In this document: positions 19,130-28,680 of the stretch, in pieces
Position numbering within the stretch: position 1 is the first letter of the stretch
Layout: each line of letters begins with the position of its first letter
Position numbers and translations under genes: made by a program
Sequence record: PP418985.1
Source: Escherichia phage UPWr_E1
Reading direction: 5' to 3' (one strand)
DNA length: 64,000 nt
Notes under the pieces: generated by a model
Told to the model about the DNA's origin: nothing
Database searches by the model: none
What the model saw: the letters and a program-made list of their open reading frames with translations, nothing else

Positions 19130-19137
19130 TATTTATA
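19130..19137 (-). promoter_or_regulatory. T4-type late promoter (TATAAATA) for gene 24
   Basis: tatttata on plus strand, 38 nt upstream of the gene 24 ATG. Confidence 0.55.
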
Positions 19138-19145
19138 CAAAAAGA

Positions 19146-19169
19146 AAAGGGAATCCCGAAGGATTCCCA
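19146..19169 (-). terminator. Rho-independent terminator ending the inserted cassette
   Basis: Minus-strand gggaatcc-ttcg-ggattccc hairpin followed by a U-run. Confidence 0.6.
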
Positions 19170-19176
19170 AATAAAA

Positions 19177-19329
19177 TTACTTCTTCCTAGAAACATTATC
19201 AACGCTACGGTTAACTTTGTTTACAAGATTAATTGCATGATCAGAACGAATAATTGCATAAGCTAATGCTAACATCAATTCGTCGTATTCCTTACGAGTC
19301 ATAACATAGCTGTTTTCTTTCTTACTCAT
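19177..19329 (-). CDS. Small protein (50 aa), last gene of the 23/24 insert
   Basis: ATG preceded by GGAGG; MSKKENSYVMTRKEYDELMLALAYAIIRSDHAINLVNKVNRSVDNVSRKK; under 60 aa so absent from the ORF track. Confidence 0.5.
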   Translation of the reverse strand: MSKKENSYVMTRKEYDELMLALAYAIIRSDHAINLVNKVNRSVDNVSRKK

Positions 19330-19339
19330 GCATTCCTCC

Positions 19340-20272
19340 TTATGGAGAATTTGGGGTTAATTCAGGGAACAGCGTGCCAAAACCAAAATTACCGCTAGCG
19401 TCACGCTGGAATGTCATAACAAGGTCGACATAAACCGGATCTGTAAATCTATCAAATCTATCCGACCCAATATCAACCATGAACGCTAATTTAATCTCAT
19501 TAGAATTTGAGATCGCAGCGTCAGCACATGCACCAAAAATTACCTGAGTATCTTTTGCCGTATATGCATTGACCTGTATGTTGGTTGGTTTCATTACATC
19601 GTTAGACAAACCAGATAGTTCTACTCGTCCATTAAATGACGCCAGACTTTGACCACCGCCTAGATAATGAATATGACCACCTTGTGAAGATTGTGTCCAG
19701 TCCATTAGCATAACCTTAAATCTAGCCTCAAAACGCCCTTCCACGTAATATCGACCAGTTTCAAAGTTTTGTCTAATTGGTGTCCATGTGATGTGTGGTT
19801 TTCCGCTTACAGGATCGACAAGAGTCACACCTACGGCTGGCTTAATACTGACACTATCAAATGAACGTGATAGCCAATTCCATGTTTGATTGTCTAGGTT
19901 TGGCAATTGTGGAATATTCAATCCATCTAATCGGCTGTGTGCTCGTGCTGCTTCCGATTCTGCGGTAGTCGCTTTAGTCAGTGCATCAGTTGCTTTGCTC
20001 ATGGATTGCCCTGCCGTTCGATCGGCAACATCAGCAGTTGATTTTGCAATCTCTGCCGTTCGATGTGCTGAACTTGCTGTTTCTGTTATTACGTCATCGC
20101 ACGCAATAACAAAATCAATTACAGGATCGATCAATTGAGTGTTGATTGAGTTGGAAATTCGTTCAACATCACTTTCCATTAGAGCATTAGATTCATTTCC
20201 TGTGAAATGAGTAATTTCACCTTGAACAAAATCATTTTGCAACTTGCTGATCTTTGCTTTAATATCGGTCAT
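19340..20272 (-). CDS. Hypothetical late protein (310 aa), putative fibre-associated
   Basis: Ala/Thr/Ser-rich helical N-terminal half (KATDALTKATTAESEAARAHSRL), beta-rich C-terminal half; inside the late-promoter-driven cassette between 23 and 24. Confidence 0.6.
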   Translation of the reverse strand: MTDIKAKISKLQNDFVQGEITHFTGNESNALMESDVERISNSINTQLIDPVIDFVIACDDVITETASSAHRTAEIAKSTADVADRTAGQSMSKATDALTKATTAESEAARAHSRLDGLNIPQLPNLDNQTWNWLSRSFDSVSIKPAVGVTLVDPVSGKPHITWTPIRQNFETGRYYVEGRFEARFKVMLMDWTQSSQGGHIHYLGGGQSLASFNGRVELSGLSNDVMKPTNIQVNAYTAKDTQVIFGACADAAISNSNEIKLAFMVDIGSDRFDRFTDPVYVDLVMTFQRDASGNFGFGTLFPELTPNSP

Positions 20273-20287
20273 GAATCACCCCGCTAA

Positions 20288-22006
20288 TTATTGTGCTTGC
20301 TCTGGAAGTGCTTGTATATTTTCTATAGTAGCACCCCATTTAACGGCATTTAAACGAGCTTTGTGCATATCGTCTTCTCCGACTATTGCCGCAAAACCCT
20401 TTTTAGCGTGGAAATTCGCCCATGTGTTATATGCTAGTGCACCTACGCGTTTTGCTGTGTCGTGTTCAACTTCATCAACCATCAGCATTGTGCGGAAAGG
20501 TGCAAATGCTACATCTGGGTTATCGTCTTGTGTCCATGAACCACCATTAAACGACACCTGCCACCTGAACATCTCACCAGACGGAATTTGATTAATTCTC
20601 AACTTTAGAGATCTTGTTTTCTGGTTTTTCTGAGTTACGTCTAGTGGAACCTGATATCTAGCCGCTTGTCGTTCTCTACCATCATTCATCCTATGCCATG
20701 CGGTAACAACAAGCATAACCGGAATTGTGTTTGATGTTTTAATAAAACTAACATCAACTAAAAGTTCCATATCATAGCTACCAGATTTAGGCGCAACCCA
20801 CCAATGGTCGGCATCAGCTTGTCGATCTGGCTCTTTAATCTGTGGTGTGCATCCATAGTTATCATGAATGACATACTTCCACGGAATGTAAAAAGCACCA
20901 CCGCCAGTTCCTGGATTTGTAACTTCGAGTAGATTTTGTGCAGTGGTAAACACGCTTGACACGCGAGGGAAAGCATAAATGGTAGCACCACCAGTGTGAT
21001 CGCTGATCTGTAACCATTCGGTCCATCGATCAGTTCTCTTTGTATAGGAACGGTGATACATTACGCCATCAATGCTTGTTGCGATCTGCAATACATGATC
21101 TTTACATGCATGAACATCTACAGAACCATGTGTTTGTGTTCCATTTGGACGGTTTGCCGACCCCTCAAAGTAACAGAAACGGCCTTGTTTAGTCAAGGTG
21201 TTTAGGTCTAGCGTTTCTGGCGAAATTTCCGGTAGACGTTTACCCAGACTGGTTAACATCGCCTCCTGATCACCATTTAAACCACCGCCACCACTTCCTT
21301 CCCCGCTTTGAGAGTTCCACTCACGCCATGCACCATTGTGTCGGATGCGAGAGTAAACACCACCATCAATAGAACGGACCACTTGAAGAATGCTACCATC
21401 GACGACATATACATCTGCGGACCCCTTATTCGCCATCATTGGAGGTTTGCCATAGGTTGCATCACCTACCGGATAGCGTCCGGGTGATGTGGTTACATCC
21501 AGATTGTTAATTGGATTCGTCGTAGTCCATTTTACCTCAATTGCAGATAGACGCTGCGCAACGTTCGCTAATACTTCTGGTACTGGAAATACAAGAGATT
21601 CCTGTGTTCCGTCTGAGTACGTGACTTCTAGAGTCCAGTTGCGATCGTCCTCGGACAAATTCGCTTCGATTCTAGCAATGCCACGACCATTTTCGCCCTT
21701 CTCACCAGGAATACCCTGTTCACCCTGAATAACCCAGGTCATATCGACCCATTTTGATTTATCGTAGGGAGATTGTGCTGTTTTACCAGTCCATAATTGG
21801 AGTTTTTCGCCACAAACAATAATTGTTTTTAGTCTTTCCAATTCTGGAAAATGTTCGGTAAAATATTCATCCCTAGCTTCTTCATTTTCGAAACGGTGAG
21901 TATTTTTAATTCCGCTAGGTACGTTAGTTCCGATCTGAATACCACCACCAGAACAACCACCACTCACGGAACCAGCATTAATGATAGCTTGTGGATTTAG
22001 CTTCAT
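20288..22006 (-). CDS. Fibre-like late protein (about 572 aa) with Gly-rich and knob-like repeat modules
   Basis: ATG 22006 with GGGGG Shine-Dalgarno right after the upstream stop. Features: GSVSGGCSGGG, collagen-like GIPGEKGENG, GEGSGGGG linker, two repeated modules (VDGSILQVVRSIDGGVYSRIRHNGAWREW and KDHVLQIATSIDGVMYHRSYTKRTDRWTEW). Confidence 0.6.
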   Translation of the reverse strand: MKLNPQAIINAGSVSGGCSGGGIQIGTNVPSGIKNTHRFENEEARDEYFTEHFPELERLKTIIVCGEKLQLWTGKTAQSPYDKSKWVDMTWVIQGEQGIPGEKGENGRGIARIEANLSEDDRNWTLEVTYSDGTQESLVFPVPEVLANVAQRLSAIEVKWTTTNPINNLDVTTSPGRYPVGDATYGKPPMMANKGSADVYVVDGSILQVVRSIDGGVYSRIRHNGAWREWNSQSGEGSGGGGLNGDQEAMLTSLGKRLPEISPETLDLNTLTKQGRFCYFEGSANRPNGTQTHGSVDVHACKDHVLQIATSIDGVMYHRSYTKRTDRWTEWLQISDHTGGATIYAFPRVSSVFTTAQNLLEVTNPGTGGGAFYIPWKYVIHDNYGCTPQIKEPDRQADADHWWVAPKSGSYDMELLVDVSFIKTSNTIPVMLVVTAWHRMNDGRERQAARYQVPLDVTQKNQKTRSLKLRINQIPSGEMFRWQVSFNGGSWTQDDNPDVAFAPFRTMLMVDEVEHDTAKRVGALAYNTWANFHAKKGFAAIVGEDDMHKARLNAVKWGATIENIQALPEQAQ

Positions 22007-22013
22007 ATAATAA

Positions 22014-22322
22014 TTACCCCCGTTTAGCAAGATACACGGTTACAGTAGAATCATTGGAAACAGATTTTACTTTTGCCCTAATAAATGACCATAATGTTTC
22101 AAACGCTCCACCATCAGTTGCATATTCATTACCATCAGCTTTCAATTCTGAAATAGTGAACCAACCTTTGCCATCTAAGGAACCTTCTAACGAGGCTTCC
22201 GCAATGACTTTTTGCCCTTCCCGTGCACCCTCTACGGTCATCTGTACTGTCATGTGCGTACTATGAACGCAGTTTACCGACGCGGAAACGGCTGGAGTTT
22301 TGGTCTTTATAAGTGTGTGCAT
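22014..22322 (-). CDS. Hypothetical small late protein (102 aa)
   Basis: First gene of the insert; GGGGAG Shine-Dalgarno; late promoter 39 nt upstream. Confidence 0.55.
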   Translation of the reverse strand: MHTLIKTKTPAVSASVNCVHSTHMTVQMTVEGAREGQKVIAEASLEGSLDGKGWFTISELKADGNEYATDGGAFETLWSFIRAKVKSVSNDSTVTVYLAKRG

Positions 22323-22360
22323 CTAATTTTCGCTCCCCTTAGAATATAGGCTTGCAACCT

Positions 22361-22368
22361 TATTTATA
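22361..22368 (-). promoter_or_regulatory. T4-type late promoter (TATAAATA) driving the insert between 23 and 24
   Basis: tatttata on plus strand, 39 nt upstream of the 102-aa ORF ATG. Confidence 0.55.
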
Positions 22369-22385
22369 ACGGGATATAATACGCA

Positions 22386-22416
22386 AAAAGGGAAGACCCT
22401 TTCGAGTCTTCCCTTT
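22386..22416 (-). terminator. Rho-independent terminator downstream of gene 23
   Basis: Minus-strand gggaagac-tcgaaagg-gtcttccc hairpin followed by uuuuu. Confidence 0.65.
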
Positions 22417-22483
22417 GGAATTAACACTTTACACTGTCATAAGGTTTATGATAAGTCGGGCATTGCACCCGACCGGAGTTTAA

Positions 22484-24082
22484 TTAGCAACCTTTAACCC
22501 ATACACGGCGGAAGTATGCGTTTTTACCTACGCTGTCTTTGCTCAACATACCGGAGGTGATGCGAGCGGACGGTGCCTGGGTTTTGCTGTCTGCAAACGG
22601 GTTAATACCGATGCCGTAGCGAGTCTTGAAGCCCAGAACCGGGTGGAAAGACTGCGGATCGGTTGCACGCAGCGGAGTCAGAGCAACATACGGCGCATAG
22701 TAGATACCAGCATCCATTTCGTTGTCGCCTTTGTAGCCTACGGTGAAGTAGTCCTGACGAGCATACTGGTCGATGAATACTTTGTACTTACCAGCCAGAA
22801 CACCAGCGAAAACAGCTTTAGTGGTGTCGGTATTCAGACCTTTTGCAGCACCCTGCATAGCAACACTGATACCCTGATCAGCAGAAGCCAGAATGTTTAC
22901 AACGTTACGGGAAGCGATAACAAAGTTACCAGCACCGCGACCAGTCTGACGAGCGATTTCAGCAGCTTCTTTGTCGATCTGGTAGATCAGAGATTTGAAG
23001 GATTCACCAGCCCAACGAGCACCGCGAGTATCGATCGGGTCTTGCAGGTCAAATACACCAGCTTTAGAACCAACGGTCTGAGTCATACCAGTCTTACCAA
23101 CCTGTGCGGTAAAGTTGATAACGTCAACGATTTCACGGTTGATTTCCAGCAGAACTTCGTTAGCCAGGATAGCATTCAGTTCAGCGTCAGCATCCATACC
23201 GTGTACAGCACGCAGATCCTGCGCAACTTCGATAGAATAACGAGCTTTCAGTTGGCGAGATTTCGCTTCAACAACCTGTTTGTCAATACGCATCGACATT
23301 TCAGCCCACGGGTTATTGCTGGAACCGTTAAAGCCTTCCTGAATTTCGGCAATGGAAGTAGCCATACCGAAAGCGATTTCAGCCAGTTTACCTTCTTCCA
23401 TCAGCTTCATGACCACTTCATCTTCGGATTCATCACCTGATTTCTGCGGAGTTACTGCGCTAGAAGTTACGTTTTGCAGATATGCAATACCAGTGTCTGC
23501 AAACGTGTGATGTACAATGTCTCCCGGTTGGATCTGGGTAGATAATGCCAGTTTAGCGAATGCAGTACCAGTAGGAGAACCAGTCGTTGCATTTTTTGCT
23601 GCCAGAGAGCTATGGAACACATCTGGCGCATACATCGGGTGGAATGCTTCACGAACATTTTTAGGATTACCACCAGCCAGCGGGTCTGGACCGTATACAG
23701 AACGGATTGCAAAGATCTGGCTAGTCGGGGTGCTCATAGGCTGAACGCCACAAATATCAAATGCAATCAGGTTAGGAATAGCACGGCGAACCATACCGAT
23801 AACAGCCGGACCTACGTTAGTGATTGCACCGCTAGTCTGACCTGCCGCAATCTGGGATGCGTCGTAACCGTGGTCGCCAGCAACTTCGGCTTCGGCGATA
23901 AAACCACCGAATGCTTCAACAACTTTTTCATCCTTATAGATCGGATCTACAGCAAAATCCGCTTCCTGAGATTCCAGAATTTTAGCAACCAGTTTCTGCT
24001 TAGACGCAGTTGCGATTTCCGGCAGTTTTTCGTTCTCCAGCAGCGGGGACCATTTTTCCATCAGTTCTTTGGTAGTTTTCAT
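22484..24082 (-). CDS. 23: Major capsid protein gp23
   Basis: 532 aa; extensive identity to remembered T4 gp23 (LPEIA, GQTSGA, GPAV-GMVRRAIPNLIAFDICGVQPM, KSRQLKA-YSIE-AQDLRAVHGMDADAEL, YIDQYA-QDYFTVGYKG-NEMDAGIYYAPYVALTPLR). Confidence 0.97.
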   Translation of the reverse strand: MKTTKELMEKWSPLLENEKLPEIATASKQKLVAKILESQEADFAVDPIYKDEKVVEAFGGFIAEAEVAGDHGYDASQIAAGQTSGAITNVGPAVIGMVRRAIPNLIAFDICGVQPMSTPTSQIFAIRSVYGPDPLAGGNPKNVREAFHPMYAPDVFHSSLAAKNATTGSPTGTAFAKLALSTQIQPGDIVHHTFADTGIAYLQNVTSSAVTPQKSGDESEDEVVMKLMEEGKLAEIAFGMATSIAEIQEGFNGSSNNPWAEMSMRIDKQVVEAKSRQLKARYSIEVAQDLRAVHGMDADAELNAILANEVLLEINREIVDVINFTAQVGKTGMTQTVGSKAGVFDLQDPIDTRGARWAGESFKSLIYQIDKEAAEIARQTGRGAGNFVIASRNVVNILASADQGISVAMQGAAKGLNTDTTKAVFAGVLAGKYKVFIDQYARQDYFTVGYKGDNEMDAGIYYAPYVALTPLRATDPQSFHPVLGFKTRYGIGINPFADSKTQAPSARITSGMLSKDSVGKNAYFRRVWVKGC

Positions 24083-24115
24083 GTTCTTTAAACCTTGTTT
24101 GTTGTTAACCTAAAG

Positions 24116-24123
24116 TATTTATA
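24116..24123 (-). promoter_or_regulatory. T4-type late promoter (TATAAATA) for gene 23
   Basis: tatttata on plus strand, 34 nt upstream of the gene 23 ATG. Confidence 0.55.
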
Positions 24124-24141
24124 AAGTAGATTTGAATTACA

Positions 24142-24936
24142 TTAGATGAAATTCAGGTAGCGGGATACGCCGGAATCTACAGTTGCCTTTTTCTCTGATT
24201 CTTCGACAGCTTCTGCAATAACATTCAGCTTGTCGGCATCAGTATTTAGTGATTCTTCAATCTTCGCTGGTTTGTCTTCTTTCTTAGCAACCATTTCGAC
24301 AATTGCAGTTAATTTCTTATCGAAAGTTTCGCTATATTCCAGACCTTCAATCAGCGCGGTTACTTTTTCTTTCTGAGTATCGGAAAGATCACGAGTGCTT
24401 TCATTGATCGCTTGTTCGCGCTTCATACCACGAATTTCGCTTTCAAGTTGCAGTTTGGCATCAAAGAGTTCAGAGGTTTTTTCTTTTTCTTCTTTGAGTG
24501 CTTCGTCAAGTTCAGCAACAACGTCTACAGATTCTTCCGGTACTACAACATTGTGAGTAACGAAAACATCTTTCAGAGAACCAATCAGGGATTCGCACAG
24601 ATCCGCTTTAATATTACGGGTAACGGCTTCTTTATTTTCTGCCAGCCATTTAGCGCCTAAGTGATTCAGGAATTTATCCGCATCTTCGTACAGTTTGGTT
24701 TCAATCTCGGTGCGTGCTTCTTCGACCTTTGATTCTACCAGTTCATCGGCTTTAGCGGCGATTTTTTCAATGTGGCTTTCTGCCAGAGCAACAGCATTAG
24801 CTTTCACCGCTTGAGCGTAGATAGTACCAAAATTTTCTTTTACTTCCGGCGACAGTTCGACGGATTCAAACAGGTCATCGAGAGCAACGTCTACGGTGAT
24901 CTGTTTTGCTTCTTCGAGCAGCATTTCTTTAAGCAT
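24142..24936 (-). CDS. 22: Prohead core scaffold protein gp22
   Basis: 264 aa acidic helical protein (T4 gp22 269 aa) directly upstream of gene 23. Confidence 0.8.
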   Translation of the reverse strand: MLKEMLLEEAKQITVDVALDDLFESVELSPEVKENFGTIYAQAVKANAVALAESHIEKIAAKADELVESKVEEARTEIETKLYEDADKFLNHLGAKWLAENKEAVTRNIKADLCESLIGSLKDVFVTHNVVVPEESVDVVAELDEALKEEKEKTSELFDAKLQLESEIRGMKREQAINESTRDLSDTQKEKVTALIEGLEYSETFDKKLTAIVEMVAKKEDKPAKIEESLNTDADKLNVIAEAVEESEKKATVDSGVSRYLNFI

Positions 24937-24967
24937 GGTTATAACCTTCTTGTTGATAACGACGTTA

Positions 24968-25663
24968 TTATTTATAGCGTTTAGATAACGCTTCTGCGAG
25001 CGCCATAAACGCGCTATTATTCGATTCTACGATGTTTTGTTGTGAGGCTGTAGGGTTAGTCACTTTTTCGGTTTTATCGCTTTCTGGTGCGTCTGACGCG
25101 CTAGAATCGCTATCCGTTGACTCAACCACCGGAGTTACCCACGCATCTGGTGCGCTCGGACCCCATACAACATCAACACCAACCGTCAACACAAAACCTT
25201 CCTGTACAATATTGTATCCGCGACCTGAGTCTTTTAAACGACCCAACCCACGGGATGAAACGCCAGGAATCCAGCCAGCGCGAATCAGTGCAGCAAGTTT
25301 ATCACCTGCGCCTTTATCCCCTTCAATAACACGGGCTTTACCCATCACGTTATTACCTTCCCACCACAATTTTTCAATTATGATGCAAGCGTTAGATGGA
25401 TCTGGCATTGCTCTTGCTGGGTGATTAAGTTCGCCTAGAGCTTGATGTGTCTCAACTTGTTCATGTATGTATTTAGTAACCGCATTTTCTAGAACGCTGC
25501 GAGGATACCAGCGTTTATTACGGTTTACTGTTTCGGCTTGCAGGAAAATCCCTTGAATATAGAGATTTCCTGTAGCCTTATCATCAAATGATTCAAGCAA
25601 TGACGAACTACCGCGAGCACAAGGAACGCCCCATTGTTCGATCAGTAATTCGTTCTTTTCCAT
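24968..25663 (-). CDS. 21: Prohead core protease gp21
   Basis: 231 aa (T4 gp21 212 aa); synteny 68-21-22. Confidence 0.8.
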   Translation of the reverse strand: MEKNELLIEQWGVPCARGSSSLLESFDDKATGNLYIQGIFLQAETVNRNKRWYPRSVLENAVTKYIHEQVETHQALGELNHPARAMPDPSNACIIIEKLWWEGNNVMGKARVIEGDKGAGDKLAALIRAGWIPGVSSRGLGRLKDSGRGYNIVQEGFVLTVGVDVVWGPSAPDAWVTPVVESTDSDSSASDAPESDKTEKVTNPTASQQNIVESNNSAFMALAEALSKRYK

Positions 25664-25674
25664 GTTGTTTCCTG

Positions 25675-26082
25675 TTATAATCCTAACGCCTTACGTTTAC
25701 GCATTGCTTTTTTGCGCTTACGTTCCGCATGACGTTCGATAGATGGATTTGCACGTTTGGTTTTTGCAGCACGACGGGCAATTTGACGGCGTTTAGCTTT
25801 GCTTAGGCCAGTAGTCATGTAAGCATTACGCTCACGGGTTTTGCGATCTTTCTTACGTGCAACTTCCCCGCGTGCGTTTACATGTTTAACCATTGCTTCG
25901 TTTACAGTAATTCCGTCGATAATAGACAGCATTGCTACCGCCAATTCCGGCTCATCCTCGGAGATACCTTCAACGATTTTCAATAGTTCTTCTGACTCAA
26001 ACATAGCCAACATGTCCAATTTTTCCTGTGCTTCCGGCAGAAAAGTTTCCAAGTCAGCTTTAGGAGTAAAATCTTTAATCAT
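25675..26082 (-). CDS. 68: Prohead core protein gp68
   Basis: 135 aa (T4 gp68 141 aa), basic C-terminus; synteny. Confidence 0.7.
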   Translation of the reverse strand: MIKDFTPKADLETFLPEAQEKLDMLAMFESEELLKIVEGISEDEPELAVAMLSIIDGITVNEAMVKHVNARGEVARKKDRKTRERNAYMTTGLSKAKRRQIARRAAKTKRANPSIERHAERKRKKAMRKRKALGL

Positions 26083-26094
26083 GTTGGCTTCCTA

Positions 26095-26319
26095 TTATTC
26101 GTCGTCTTCTTTGTCTTTTTTATCGTCTTTGCGATCTTCGTCTTCGTCGTCCTCATCATCGCGGTCTTTTTCTTCTTCACCTTCGATCATGACACTGGAT
26201 GCGATTTCGACACGCTGGGATTCGATGATCTGGGCTTTTTTAGCCTCCATGATCTTATCAAATTCTTTTTCGATCAGCGTTAGATCGCGAGTTTTAATTG
26301 CTTCGATAAATTGTTTCAT
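26095..26319 (-). CDS. 67: Prohead core protein gp67
   Basis: 74 aa (T4 gp67 80 aa), highly acidic C-terminus (DDEDDEDED); synteny. Confidence 0.7.
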   Translation of the reverse strand: MKQFIEAIKTRDLTLIEKEFDKIMEAKKAQIIESQRVEIASSVMIEGEEEKDRDDEDDEDEDRKDDKKDKEDDE

Positions 26320-27885
26320 TTAAAAATCCTCTATTTCATCGGGAGTTTGTTTAAAGCGCGGATCGTTCGCTTCTTCTTCGATCTGTTTCTTCTCGGTGTC
26401 CATCTGGTCATCGGTATATTTCAGAATGTCACGCATCACTGTCTGGTTAGAGAAATACTTACCAATGTAAGGGGCGATACGTTCGATTAGACCGATTCGA
26501 CGTTCTAAAATTTCCGCGTCTTTAACTTCTGTATAATAAGAGTCCCGATGGAAAACCACCTTGATATTATTTATTTCACGATCCCAATCGTCTTCCGTAA
26601 TTACATTTTTGAGAATCAGATTATATTTAAGCGGATCGCGCAATACTTCCGAAAACTGTGATTGCAGAGTTCTAATGAATTTCGAAAATTCCAACTCATC
26701 GCGAGTAATTTCTGAACCGTCACCGCCAATAACCATATTAGCATCGGAGAGATTGCTACGTGACAATGGCACACGCAACGCTTCATACAATTTACGGTTA
26801 AAGTAGCGAATATCATCGATATCACTCATACCAGATGCACCAGGTAAAGTAGTAACATCGGTGATTGCTTTACCATCTCGACGCTGTAACCAGTAGTCCT
26901 CTGTCATTGATAGGTTTGCTTGCTGGTTTTTAAGTTTACCAGTCGATGCATCATAAACAACGCGGTTTTTAAAAGACTGTGCCACTGAGTTCATGTGCTG
27001 TGCAGCCTTGCGGTTGTTCATGTTTCCGGTATCAATAAAGAATACTCGACGTTCCGGTGCACGCGTGATACGATAAACGACCATTGCGTCTTCAAGCAAT
27101 TTAAGCTGGTTTGCTGGCTTAACCGCCCGATGCAAATAACCAATGATATATTTATCATCGCAATCCATCAAGCCGCTGTGAGCGTATGTAATAGCACTAC
27201 GCGGGATTTTAACGCGACTATTGGGAGAGAATACTTGACCACCCGCGCAATAAGAACTATTGCCTACGGTGTAAATGAAATATTCTTTCGTTGCTTTATA
27301 AATTTTACCTTCCGGTGTGTCTTCTGTAATGATCTCGCGAACATATTCAAGATTTCGTGGATCAAGCTGGCGTAATTCTACGATACCATCTTTTGGATTT
27401 TTACCGATGATTTTATGGAAGAAAATACGCGAATCGACATACCAGCGACGGAACATATCCTGACCGCGCTTATCAAACTGGATAGTGTTTAAAAGATCTT
27501 TAAATTCTTCATGAATGCGCTCTTTCACAGATTCACTAAAACCAGTCGCCTCAAGATTTAATGAAACAACGTCATGACCTTCTTCAAATACAATCGCATC
27601 GTTAACGATATTCTGTACAGCGTTTTCGACTTCATGGTTATTCATCAAACCGCGATATGTGTTAACCAATTGCTTAGTTGTACTGATTTTCTGGTCGGTG
27701 CTGTAAAATTGCTGGGTAAGAGAGTTCCACGCGCTAGCCGGAGAGTTATCATTAATTTCTACTTCCGTAGCACCATCATTGTTTTTAGGTGCGGCGATAG
27801 ACTCTGCTTTATCTTTAATTTGTTCTTCGTATTTGTCGTTGTCAAAATCAGCCCAACGCGCAAGCATTTTTAATCTACTAAACAT
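26320..27885 (-). CDS. 20: Portal vertex protein gp20
   Basis: 521 aa (T4 gp20 524 aa); between gene 19 and the core genes. Confidence 0.85.
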   Translation of the reverse strand: MFSRLKMLARWADFDNDKYEEQIKDKAESIAAPKNNDGATEVEINDNSPASAWNSLTQQFYSTDQKISTTKQLVNTYRGLMNNHEVENAVQNIVNDAIVFEEGHDVVSLNLEATGFSESVKERIHEEFKDLLNTIQFDKRGQDMFRRWYVDSRIFFHKIIGKNPKDGIVELRQLDPRNLEYVREIITEDTPEGKIYKATKEYFIYTVGNSSYCAGGQVFSPNSRVKIPRSAITYAHSGLMDCDDKYIIGYLHRAVKPANQLKLLEDAMVVYRITRAPERRVFFIDTGNMNNRKAAQHMNSVAQSFKNRVVYDASTGKLKNQQANLSMTEDYWLQRRDGKAITDVTTLPGASGMSDIDDIRYFNRKLYEALRVPLSRSNLSDANMVIGGDGSEITRDELEFSKFIRTLQSQFSEVLRDPLKYNLILKNVITEDDWDREINNIKVVFHRDSYYTEVKDAEILERRIGLIERIAPYIGKYFSNQTVMRDILKYTDDQMDTEKKQIEEEANDPRFKQTPDEIEDF

Positions 27886-27943
27886 TATTCACCTCGAATT
27901 GGGAGAAATTAAGCGGGGAACTTCTCCCCGCATGATAATATAT

Positions 27944-28438
27944 TTATTCTACCCAATCGATAGCAAAAGTAACTTCAAACGTTTCAACTTCGTTGTTTTG
28001 TTCCCAATCGAGGGTTACTTCACCAACGTTGGTCGGGAAAATACCGTACAATGTTTTTTCGCTAGTTGATTCGGTGTTACGGTTAAGTTGACGAACAATA
28101 GCTTGTTTCTTATATTGTGCAGGAGTTGCACCAGTGATCGCCGATCCAGTACCATGTGTTTGATCGCTCCACGCAACGATAGCATCACGGATCTTGTGTG
28201 CGTCATCGTTGAATACAGTGATGGTCCAGTCGTCATATACACGGTCGCCAGCGATGTTAATTTTACGGTTTTGATAACCTACAGAGATTTTTTCTACGGT
28301 TGCAGCCGGGACAGTTGCCGCTTTACACATCAGCTTAAAGTTTTGCCCCAGATAAGGGATCTCAACTTCAAACAGGTTAGGACGAGCAAAATCGCCAGAC
28401 TCGAAACCGCGTGTAATATCATTCAAATCGAGTGCCAT
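27944..28438 (-). CDS. 19: Tail tube protein gp19
   Basis: 164 aa (T4 gp19 163 aa); downstream of gene 18. Confidence 0.85.
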   Translation of the reverse strand: MALDLNDITRGFESGDFARPNLFEVEIPYLGQNFKLMCKAATVPAATVEKISVGYQNRKINIAGDRVYDDWTITVFNDDAHKIRDAIVAWSDQTHGTGSAITGATPAQYKKQAIVRQLNRNTESTSEKTLYGIFPTNVGEVTLDWEQNNEVETFEVTFAIDWVE

Positions 28439-28680
28439 AATTGATATTCCTTAATAGAGCGGGGATTTTATCCCCGCTTGATTTAACTTTTAATCTATGC
28501 TAATTTACTGATTATGCCTGGTTAGCTGGACCGATAATTTCGTCAAAATCAGCACCAGTTGCAACAGCAGTGAAATTGAGCATGATATAGTTGATCGATT
28601 TTGCTGGTTTGATGAACATACTAGCAACAAATTCGTTACGATCAATTACATCCGGCGTGTTGTTCGTGGTGTCGCATTGT
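28408..28680. repeat. Tandem duplication copy 1 (273 bp): true gene 19 start, intergenic hairpin, pseudo 3' end of gene 18
   Basis: Identical to 28681..28953 at every position compared by eye. Confidence 0.85.

Noticed and set aside
22643-23440. 265-aa plus-strand ORF inside gene 23
   Set aside because: Antisense shadow ORF within the strongly supported major capsid gene; no RBS and low-complexity composition.
25841-26323. 160-aa Ser-rich plus-strand ORF
   Set aside because: Reverse-complement artefact of the acidic gp68/gp67 coding region (GAA/GAT-rich codons read as Ser-rich antisense).
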